From Mycoplasma mobile 163K (GTDB lineage Bacteria; Bacillota_I; Bacilli_A; Mycoplasmatales; Metamycoplasmataceae), in NCBI RefSeq assembly GCF_000008365.1, contig NC_006908.1, positions 720,001 through 752,000 on the forward strand: 32,000 nucleotides of DNA, given 5' to 3'. Made by a program: the position numbers and the translations under genes. A model generated the notes under the pieces. That model was not told the origin of the DNA. It did no database searches and worked only from the letters and a program-made list of their open reading frames with translations. This document shows positions 10,059 to 19,376 of the stretch, piece by piece. The stretch's first letter is position 1, and each line of letters starts with the position of its first letter.

Positions 10059-10934
10059 TTAATTTTTTAGCCTTTTAATTTCATTTTTCATTTTAATAGA
10101 TGCTATAAATTGAAAAACAAACCCTATCTTAAAAATAATTCCTAGAAATAGTCCTAATCCAAGCATTAATTGTATAAATGATTTATTACTATTTTTAGAT
10201 AACGTTAATCAATTTACAAAAATTCAAATACTAAAAAATAATCAAACTATCGAACTAATAAAAAATAAGGACATAAAAAACATAACAAGAATAAAAGCAC
10301 TATCTAGTGAGCCATTTATGAAAATATTTATTAGTAAAAAAATTGTCGAAAAAATTATAGAAACAATAGAAACAAGTTCAAGAATTACTGTAATAACTGA
10401 AATTTTAAAATTAAATTTGTAAACTTGTAAATTGGAACGAGGCTCAATTTTTTTAATATTAAAAGAAATAAAAATACTTGCTATAAATTGAAAAATAAAA
10501 CCTATCCCAATAAAACCTAAAATTAAACCTAAATTCAACATTAAAACAATTGATGATTTTCTATTTTCAATTATTGTAGAGGAAAAATGAGTTGCTTTTT
10601 TTAAAGCAAGAATACTATATGTGAATCAAAATGGAACACTAAAAAATAAAGAAAATAAAATAATAAATGCTGTATGCCAAAAAGTATAAATAATATGTAT
10701 TAAAAAAAACTCAAGTGAAAACTTAGATGAAAGTGGGTTGAGTGAAGTTGAAAGTGAACTAGAAAGTGAACTAAATACCAAACGAAAGAAAATTCCTAAA
10801 ATAATTGATAGAAAAACAGTTAAACCTAGAATTGATGCTTTAGAAGAAAGGTTAAAAACTTGTTTATATAATTCTAAAGATAATTGATTGTTTATAATCT
10901 TTTTTTGGTCTTCATTTACTTGTAAGTTATTCAT
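10059..10934 (-). CDS. Polytopic membrane protein, paralog 3 (two clear copies plus one possible degenerate copy of the family helix)
   Basis: Track ORFs 10626-10934 and 10242-10541 are in one frame and join across TGA. The frame continues to TAA at 10061-10059. Contains ILGLTVFLSIILGIFFRLVF, MLNLGLILGFIGIGFIFQFIAS and MLGLGLFLGIIFKIGFVFQFIAS. 291 aa. Confidence 0.6.
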
Positions 10935-11039
10935 TTAAACATTATACAAAATAATGAATAAAAAATAAAATTTTCAAATCAAACTTTGAATATTTCTTAA
11001 ATGTAAAAAAGTAATTAATAAATAAGGTATTTTTATATA

Positions 11040-11113
11040 TGGCAGGGGCTACAGGAATCGAACCCGTGCACATGGGTTTGGAATCCATTGTACTACCACT
11101 ATACTAAGCCCCT
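11040..11113 (-). tRNA. trnW: tRNA-Trp (anticodon CCA)
   Basis: Reverse complement is AGGGGCTTAGTATAGTGGTAGTACAATGGATTCCAAACCCATGTGCACGGGTTCGATTCCTGTAGCCCCTGCCA. Acceptor AGGGGCT/AGCCCCT, D arm GTAT-AGTGGTA-GTAC, anticodon loop TTCCAAA, T arm ACGGG-TTCGATT-CCTGT, discriminator G, encoded CCA. 74 nt. Confidence 0.9.
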
Positions 11114-11180
11114 AATAATTTTTATATTATAGTTAAATAAAAATAATTTAAAAATAAAATTTATTTTCTTTATAATAAAC

Positions 11181-11306
11181 ATGTTAGCCAATTGACATGA
11201 TAAAGATTATTGAAAAGCAAGGCAAATTGCTGATCAACTCTTTTGTGAATTAAATTCATGACTCATTCAATTAATTATTATGCTAACAATGATTTGGCAT
11301 GATAAT
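11181..11306 (+). repeat. Two imperfect direct repeats about 100 nt apart upstream of the GTP cyclohydrolase II operon
   Basis: ATGTTAGCCAATTGACATGATAA (11181-11203) versus ATGCTAACAATGATTTGGCATGATAA (11280-11305). Shared ATGYTARC and TGRCATGATAA cores. A small hairpin AGCAA-GGCAAA-TTGCT lies between them. Confidence 0.5.
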
Positions 11307-11338
11307 TAACTTTAATTTATTTTATTAAAATAAATTGC

Positions 11339-12370
11339 ATGCCTTTTCATTTTATGAAGGGACTTATGATTATAAAAGAGAATAATTTCAAAAAATTTTT
11401 TTTGAAATTATCACTTAATGAAAAATATTCTGATTTAGTTTTCACAGAATTAAAAAAATATGAAAATCAAGAATCTGAAAAAACAGCTACTTACAAATTT
11501 AAAATAAGTAAAAAAATCATTTTAATAGAAGGAAAAGAAGATAGAATTCTTCTAAGAACACTGAAATGAATTGACGATATTGTTGATAAAATTCTTCGTG
11601 AATTTAATTTGAGTTTTGGAATCAATATTAATTTTAAAAACAGATTTACTAGCAATGAAAATAATAATTTAATTATTTTTAATTTTTATAGCAATGATTT
11701 GAAAATTGCTTTGGAAGAATTAGATGATCTAATTTTGGATTTAAATATTTCTGAAAAGCAAAATTTAATTTCATTTAGATTTGACTTTGATTCTGTTTTT
11801 CAAGAAAGTAAAAGTATATTAATGGAAACATCTGATGGATTTTTCAACATGAAATCTTTTGAAGTTCCATCGCACAATAAAGAATTTGTAATCAAATGAA
11901 ATGGGGACTTAAAAAAAATAGTTAATGCAAGAATCCACTATAAATGTATGACTTCAGAGGTTTTTGGTTCAATTATGTGTGATTGCAAAGATCAATTGGA
12001 AAGCTTTAATGAATTAATGAAAAAAGAGGGTGGACTTTTACTTTATGCTTATGAAGAAGGAAGAGGATTCGGAATGTTACATAAATTAAATGCTTATTAC
12101 AACACTGAAAAAGAAGGTTTAGATACTGTTGATGCCATGATAAAAGAGACAGGAAAAACAGAAGCAAGGAAATTTGATATGGCAGGAGAAATAATAAGAA
12201 AATTAGGAATTAAAGAAGTCAATTTATATACAAATAATCCAAGAAAAATAATTCCTTTATTAGATAGAAGAATCAAAGTAAATAGGAAAAAACATTGAAC
12301 TGAAACAAAGTCTAAAGAAGCAAAGAAATATACTGAAGATAAAATTAAAAAAATGGAGCATTTAGAATAA
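11339..12370 (+). CDS. Fusion protein: unknown N-terminal domain of about 170-200 aa plus C-terminal GTP cyclohydrolase II (RibA-like) domain
   Basis: Track ORFs 11339-11569, 11609-11899 and 11948-12298 share one frame and join across TGA. Stop TAA at 12368-12370. C-terminal half ...ARIHYKCMTSEVFGSIMCDCKDQL...LLYAYEEGRGFGMLHKLNAY...GLDTVDA...LYTNNPRK matches RibA, including the three Zn-ligand Cys. The start is uncertain (ATG at 11339, 11354 or 11366). Confidence 0.8.
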
Positions 12371-12371
12371 T

Positions 12372-13943
12372 ATGAATGATGAAAAAAAGAAAGGACTCAT
12401 AATTAATTTTTCTAATTATGAATCAGAAAAAATTGATGTTTTAATTGATAAACACAAAGTAGAAAAAAATAATTGAACTCTATTATCTTCTTTTAAAGGA
12501 GAGAAAAAGAGATTCGAAAACAAATTAGAGCATTATTATTTACCTTGAGGGTATCATTCTTCTATTACTTTTAATAATGCTATTTGACTTTATAGAATGA
12601 AATTTAAAGAAAATTTAGCTCATGTTAAAAAAATTATTTTTATTAATGTCCATGAAGAAATTAAAAAATTCCTTGAAGAAACTGAGCAAGAAATAATTGT
12701 TGATGAAACCAAAAAATTTTTGATAAAAATAGAAAAAGAGATAGAAAGTGAAAAATTTTACATCATTATTGAATCAGAAGACAATAAATTGATAAATAAA
12801 ATTATGTCTTATTCTGCAATTTCTCATTTTAATAAAAGTAGGGAAAAATTTTACAACAATTTTATAATTGGTTGGCTTTTTGAGATGAGAAAAATTTTTA
12901 AAAAAACAAATTATTCATTAGCATATGAATATGCTTACAAATTTTTTACAGAAGAGAAAATTAAGAAAAATTTTGAAGAAAAAAGGAAGTTTATTTATTC
13001 AAATCAAAAGAGTAATAAGGATAATTTGAAAAGCATTAATTTAGGCAATGAAGGAAGAATTTATTTAAATTTAAATTTAAATAAATTAACAAAAAAATCT
13101 AATCTTTCTAGCATGAAAAACAAGAAGGATTCCTCTGAAAAACAATTTGCCTATGAAGAAATGATAAATCATGAAAAAGATTTAAAAATTTGTGCTTCAG
13201 ATGATCAAAATTTAAAAAAAAATCTTTCAATTCAATATGAAGATATTGTCTATCCTACTAATACATTAAAGTTTTCAGATGCCATTCACTCTTTAAGAAA
13301 GCAATACAAAGATAAATATTTTATTGATGATAATAAATTGGAAAATTTTGGAAAAATAAACAAAATAGGTCCGATTTGGAAAATAATTTACAATGATTTT
13401 GGTTCATCTTTTTTAAAAATGAAAATTTTTGATGAAACGGAATTCAAAAAAAATTTTTATGGAATAATAAGAGATAATTATTATTTAGTTAAGAATTTTA
13501 GAAATGTAAATTCAAGAGAAATAATAAGATCAATGAGATCTTACATTACAGAAAAGGATTTTGAAGAACTGAAAAAACAGGACCCACAATTCAAATTATT
13601 TTACGATGCTGTGTTTGAAGAATCAAAAAATAATATAATTTATTTATGTCATGAAGAAATTGAATTGGAAAAAATTGCAGAATATCATTCTATTCATATT
13701 TGTGAAAAAAATATTTCTACTTTAAAAATAAGAAGAGAAACTGAATTTAATAATGACAAAGAAGTGCATTACATTTATGATTTCGAAAAAGATTTATCGA
13801 CTAAATGTGATTTTAATAAAGCTGAAGAATTTTTAAAGAAAATTCAGGAAGATACACCCTTAGAAAATTTAGAAAATCATTTTGAAACAAGTGAAAATTT
13901 AGTTAAAGAAAATGAATCAAAAAAATGAATAATCATAAAATAA
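12372..13943 (+). CDS. Hypothetical protein, 523 aa, Lys/Glu/Asn-rich, no recognisable domain
   Basis: ATG at 12372, 1 nt after the upstream stop. In frame with track ORF 12597-13928. The terminal TGA is read through to TAA at 13941-13943. No hydrophobic segments. Confidence 0.7.
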
Positions 13944-14671
13944 TTGGTCTAATAACAACTACAGGGAAAAGGGACTTAACAAAAAGTTTAAACTCAATGA
14001 AACAGCAAACAAAAAAATTACATGATATTTATATTGCTTCTGAAAAGCAAATTAATATAAATGAAAATATTTTGATTAACCCTTTTACAAAAGGTCTTGC
14101 AAATAATACAATGCAAGCATTAATTAGAATAAAAGAAATTTATAAAAATGAACAAATTTACATTGCTACTTTAGATGATGATGATGAATGAGATTTAAAT
14201 TTTATTAAAAATGGAACTAAATTAGTTCAAAAAAATTTTAATTTTATATCAGGATATTTGCAATATAAAAGCAATCATAGAATTTTGGATACATTAGAAT
14301 TTGAGAACACTTTAACATATAATGATTTTTTATATGGTAACCCGGGAGTGGAAGGATCTAATAAAATTTTTTGTCTTGATTTAGCTTTAGAATCTGGCGG
14401 AATGCCTAAAAATATTAAGACGGCAACAGATCGAGCTTTTAATATCAATTTGCTAATGCACCCAGAAGTTAAATTTGGTGTGATTGAGAAAGTAGTTGCT
14501 TATCACTATGTTGATTCAAAAGACCGTCTTACAAATAAAAAAGATAAAAAAGAAGAATTAAGAAAATTTTACAAGCATTTTTGACATTTAATAGATAAAA
14601 ATAAAATTAATGATATTAATAAAAGACATTTAGATTTGCATCAGATTGAAGAGGTGATAAATTGAAAATAG
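13925..14671 (+). CDS. GT-A fold glycosyltransferase (family 2-like)
   Basis: Track ORFs 13925-14191 and 14258-14584 share a frame across TGA. Stop TAG at 14669-14671. N-terminus IIGLITTTGKRDLTKSLNSMKQQT resembles the GT2 ...PTYNR...L.S...QT start. DxD motif ATLDDDDEW. 248 aa. Overlaps the upstream gene by 19 nt. Confidence 0.6.
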
Positions 14672-15687
14672 TTTATGCTTTAACAATTACAAATCAAGAA
14701 AGTGAACAAATTTTATTAAATAATCTTGCTCATTTGAAAAAGATGAATCTTAATTATTTTTTATTAATTAATACAACAAAAGAAGATCTTATAAATAAAT
14801 TTAAGACTAATAAAAATACTTTAATAATCAACAAAGTAAGTGATATGAGAAATTCAAGAGTCACTTTACATCAGGAGGCATTTAAACTTGATGCAGATAT
14901 GTATTGAATTTTAGATAGTGATATTGATTTTACAAATTTGAATGTAGAGGATTTTTTAAAAATTAAAAAATATTCTAAAATATATGATTTTATTTCTTTA
15001 TATTATAAAAAAGATTCTCCTATTCCAGCATTTTATACATTAGCATCTTCTTTAACTGATTTTTATTTTCATAAACAAAACTTAATAGGATTTGAAAAAA
15101 ATTGATTTGATGATAGTGATTTTAATAGTTCAGATTATCAAAAGTATACTTTTATAGAGAATTATAATAATTTAAAAGAAATTTTGTCAGGCAAATCTTA
15201 TGCTAGAGATATTTGAGAATTTACAGACAAAGAAAATAGTAATGATACGACAACAGGAGGAGCAAGTATTTACTTTAATAAAAATATTTTATTAGAAGAA
15301 TTTGAATGAAAAAAATATAAAGGCAAATCTTTAATATGATACGATTCATATCGAACATTTAATCTAAGCAAAAAATATAGATTTTCTAAGGTTCCAATTT
15401 TTGTAAATCATCTACGCCACTTTGGATCAATTCAACTAAGCTGAGAAAGTGTACAAAGATACATTATTGGTTTTAATGAATATATGAGTTTTAAAGATAA
15501 ACAATGAAATAAAGAATCTTTAATTATTCATACATTAGAATTGTATTTTTACATTAAGGGAATGTGAAAAAAAATAACAAAATTAAATCTTAATATAGAT
15601 GAAATAGTAAAAACAGAAATAAATAATTTCATGAATTGTAACATTTACGAAATCATAGAAGAGGTAAGAAAATGAAAATATCAATAG
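14662..15687 (+). CDS. Second putative GT-A glycosyltransferase
   Basis: TTG start at 14662, 4 nt after GAGGTGA. Track ORF 14662-14907 continues across many TGA codons to TAG at 15685-15687. WILDSDIDF (DxD) and ...TTGGASIYFNKNIL... 341 aa. Overlaps both neighbours. Confidence 0.5.
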
Positions 15688-16430
15688 TTGGTTATGGTCA
15701 TGTTGGACAAGCAATGCATAAATTATTCAAAGAAGCAATCATATATGATATACATAAATCTAAATATAATGATATAGAAAAAATTAAAAATAGCGATGTT
15801 GTTTTTGTATGTGTTCCAACACCTATGAAAAAAAATGGATCTTGCGATACATCATTTGTAGAAGATGTAATATCAAAAATTGATTCTAAATTATTTATTA
15901 TTAGATCAACAGTTTGAATTGGATTTACAGATTATGCTTCAGAAAAATACAAAAAAAATATTGTTTTTCAACCTGAATATTATGGGGAAACTACAAACCA
16001 CCCTTTTTCTAATTTGGAAAATCAAAATTGAATAAGTTTTGGTGGTGAACAAAAAAATATTGATAAAGCAATTGAAGTTTATCAAGAAGTTAAAAATTCT
16101 AATGTGAAAATAATTCAAAGTTCAGCAAAGGAAATTGAACTTGCAAAATATATGGAAAATGCGTTTTTAGCCTTAAAAGTTACTTTTGTTAATGAAATGT
16201 ATGATTTAGCTGAAAAAATGAATATTAATTATAATCTTGCAAGAGAAGCTTGAATTAGTGATCCAAGAATTGGTTCTTCTCATACATTTGTTTATAAAAA
16301 TAATAGGGGTTTTGGAGGTAGTTGCCTACCAAAAGATATAGCTTCTTTAATTTATCAAGCAGATGAAAATGGAGAAGATTTAGATTTAATAAAAGCTGTT
16401 GTTCTAAAAAATAAAAAGTATCAAAAATAG
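15672..16430 (+). CDS. UDP-glucose/GDP-mannose dehydrogenase family protein, short form lacking the C-terminal nucleotide-sugar-binding domain
   Basis: MKISIVGYGHVGQAM (Rossmann GxGxxG), central helix ...AKEIELAKYMENAFLALKVTFVNEM..., catalytic-Cys motif GFGGSCLPKDI. The protein ends about 35 aa later at TAG 16428-16430. 252 aa. Confidence 0.8.
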
Positions 16431-16443
16431 ATACTTTTTATTT
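16414..16443. terminator. Rho-independent terminator at the operon end, shared with convergent ychF
   Basis: AAAAGTATC (16414-16422), loop AAAAATA, GATACTTTT (16430-16438), then T-rich sequence. The hairpin includes the TAG stop. Confidence 0.6.
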
Positions 16444-16480
16444 GCAAAAATTTCATACAAAACTATTAATTAATAATAAA

Positions 16481-17581
16481 TTATTTTCCAAAGTGAAAAT
16501 AGCAAATATCTCCATCTTTCATTAAATAAGTTTTTCCTTCAAGTTTCATTTTTCCGTTTTCTTTAGAATTTTTTTCTCCGCCATGTTTAACATAATCTTC
16601 ATAAGAAATAATTTCAGCTTTAATAAATTTTTTTGCAAAATCCGTATGAATAATTCCGGCACATTCTTGTGCATTCATATTTTCTTTAAAAACTCAAGCT
16701 CTTAATTCTTGAACTCCTGCTGTAAAATAAGTTCTTAGCCCTAAAGTATGAAAAGTTGTTTGAATTAATATGTCTATATTTAATTTTTCCATTTCAAACA
16801 TTTCTAAAAAATCTTGTTTTTCCTCTTCAGATTTTAATTGTGAAGCTTCAAGTTCAAATTGCACACTTAAAGGAATTAAAATTTGATTCAATTTAGTTAA
16901 ATAATTTTGTAAAGATAATAAAAAATTATTAGGGTTTTTTAAATCTTCCATTCCAACATTTGCTACATAAATTATTGGTTTAATACTTAAAAATTGATAA
17001 AGTTTGACAATTCTTAATTCATTTTCAGAAAAATCAATATCTCTTAAAGAAAGGCTTTTTTCTAAAGATTCTTTAACCCTTAATAAAGTGATGTATTCAA
17101 ATTTTAGTGCCGCATCACCTGTGTTTAAGGCTCTTTTTTGAATTCTTTGAATAATTTTTTCTACGCTTTGTAAATCAGCAAGAATTAATTCTAAATTAAT
17201 TATTTCTAAATCCCTAATTGGATCTAAAGAATTAGCAACGTGGATAATGTTTTTATCTTCAAAACACCTTACAACATGAACAATTAGATCAACTTCTTTA
17301 ATATTTGCTAAAAATTGATTACCTAAACCTTCACCTTTTGAAGCTCCTGCTACTAAGCCTGCAATGTCTACAAATTCAAAAGTTGCATGAACAATTTTTT
17401 TAGGTTTAACAATATTTGCTAAAACATCTAAACGTTTATCTTTTACTTCAACAACACTAATATTAGGTTCTATTGTGGTAAAGGGATAATTTGCCATTTC
17501 AATATGTAAATTTGTTAATGCTGAAAATAAAGAAGATTTTCCAACATTAGGTAATCCTACAATTCCTGCTTTTAACGCCAT
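16481..17581 (-). CDS. ychF: Ribosome-binding ATPase YchF (Obg-family)
   Basis: MALKAGIVGLPNVGKSSLFSALT... (P-loop). Track ORFs 16694-17581 and 16481-16678 join in frame across TGA at 16696-16694. C-terminal TGS-like ...GIIHTDFAKKFIKAEI... 366 aa. Confidence 0.93.
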
Positions 17582-17878
17582 AAGACCTCCAAATACTTTA
17601 AAAGTAAATATTTATTATAGAAATTAATTTTAAAGATTTTTATTAATTTAATTTAAAACTAATAAAAAAACCAGTATCTTTTAAAATGAATTTAGTAAAA
17701 AGTAAGAAATGTATTGATGATTCTTGAAAAAAGTCAGATTTTTGAGTTTGAATTAATTTTTAAAAGAAAAATCTATTTTCTATTTTAAGTTTTGCCATTT
17801 TCAAAATATACAATGATTCTATTATATAATTAGTATGTTTTATAACAAAACAAATAATTCAAAATAAATTTTTAAAGG

Positions 17879-19249
17879 ATGAAAATGAAAAAAAATACAA
17901 AAATTTTAATTAGTTCTTCAGCAGCAATTTCTGCTTTAGGAATTATTCCTGCTGCGGTTATTGCTTGTGGAACAACTACAGAAACAACTGAAAGCATTAC
18001 ATCAACTTCAATTGTAAATGGTGTTTTAGGAAAAAAATTTGGAGCTGCTAATGATAATGGCCCATTAAGAGCTGAAACACCTCAATTAAGTTTTAAATCT
18101 GTTACTGGAGCAACTTCGTATGCTTTAGTTATTTTAGATAATGAAGCAACAAATGTAATTGGTGTTCCATTTATTCATTGAGCAATTGCTAATATCAAAA
18201 TTAAGGCTGATGCAAATGGGATGATTAACATTCCGGAAAATATTGCTTCAGAAGCAAATGCTGCTGCAAGAGCTCTAATTACTCAAGGAAGAAATTCAAG
18301 TTTTATGAATGCTAATAGTGCAATTCCAGGAGGATTTCAAAGACCAGATTCTGTTGGATATTTTAGTCCGTTTCCTCCTAATGCAGGACATTATTACCAA
18401 ATTTCTGTATTAGCTTTAGATAAAGAAGTTACAGGATTAGCAGAAGGATTTACTTTAGCTGATCTTTATTCAGGAATTCAAACTCAAGGAATAAAAATTG
18501 TAGATAGAAAGTATGGTGATTTTTTCTATAATCAAGTTGTTCAAAGACAAGGAAGTGATTCTTTATTTGAACACCCAGCAAATTCACTTACAACTGCACC
18601 AAGATTATACAGAGGTGTAGTGCCTAATATTGCAAATATTGCTTCAACTTCTGTAACAAATGGAAACTTACAAGCTAACTTTTTCAATGCTAGAACAAAT
18701 GGAGTTAATGCTACTGCTGATACACTTGGACAAAATAGCACTATTCCTAATTTAAGTTGAAATGCTGTAAGTGGAGCAAATTCATATTTAGTTACAATTT
18801 CTAATTACAGTTTTTCTAATATTAATCAAGCTCCATTTACAAATTTTGTTGCTGTTGTTCCAGCTGAAGCCAATACAACAAATAATAAAGTGACTTTACC
18901 GTCTCAATTAGCAAATGCTAATTCAACAAATGGTGTAATTTATGGAAAAAATAGTAGTTCAACTGACAATGTTATTGCAACAGGAGGAGCTTCATTAATT
19001 AATGTTATGTTAAAACAAAATGCTAATTACTTTATGCCTCAAGGGCGTGCTAATTGAATTATTGTGGTTAATGTTTATGCTTTAAAAAGTAATATTACAA
19101 CTGCTAGTGGTACAAATCCAGTTCTTACAAATGGATCTCATTTCTTAAATGAATTTACTACTAGAGCTGCTAATCGTGATGGAATTATAGCTGCTGGAGA
19201 ATTTGTTTTTAACTTACCAGGTAGTGGTACAACAAATGCTACTATTTAA
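17879..19249 (+). CDS. Lipoprotein with two tandem PEBP/YbhB-like domains
   Basis: Signal peptide plus lipobox ...AAVIAC|GTTTE. Track ORFs 17879, 18221 and 19064 share one frame and join across TGA. Domain 1: ...TPQLSFKSVTGATSYALVILDNEA...FIHWAIANI... and ...YFSPFPPNAGHYYQISVLALD, matching the PEBP signature GPxPPxGxHxYxFxxYALD. Domain 2 (NLSWNAVSGANSYLVTI...IIVVNVYAL) is a degenerate repeat. 456 aa. Confidence 0.8.
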
Positions 19250-19284
19250 TTAATTTAATTAAATAAAGTAAAAATAATAATTTA

Positions 19285-19310
19285 AAAATTACCATTAATC
19301 TGGTAATTTT
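19285..19310. terminator. Bidirectional terminator hairpin
   Basis: AAAATTACCA (19285-19294), loop TTAATC, TGGTAATTTT (19301-19310). Lies between convergent genes. Confidence 0.6.
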
Positions 19311-19376
19311 TAAATTTTCTTTTATTTGTAAAATGAATCATTAATCGAATTTTTAATTCTTATTAACTATATTTAT

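Noticed and set aside
8531-11113. Genomic island integrated at tRNA-Trp
   Set aside because: I looked for a direct repeat of the tRNA 3' end (…GGCTACAGGAATCGAAC on the plus strand) flanking the membrane-protein family or the operon and found none. No integrase is present.
11114-11338. FMN (RFN) riboswitch upstream of the GTP cyclohydrolase II gene
   Set aside because: One would be expected for a rib gene in Firmicutes. However, the region is extremely AT-rich and lacks the conserved GC-rich RFN helices and motifs as I recall them (for example a GGGGCGAAATTCCCCACCGG-like segment). A covariance-model scan would be the decisive test.
18541-18741. Minus-strand ORF 18541-18741, and similarly 21649-21849 and 22235-22450
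   Set aside because: They lie antisense to the PEBP-like lipoprotein genes and to WDWQWSNF paralog B. The sense frames carry conserved paralogous sequence.
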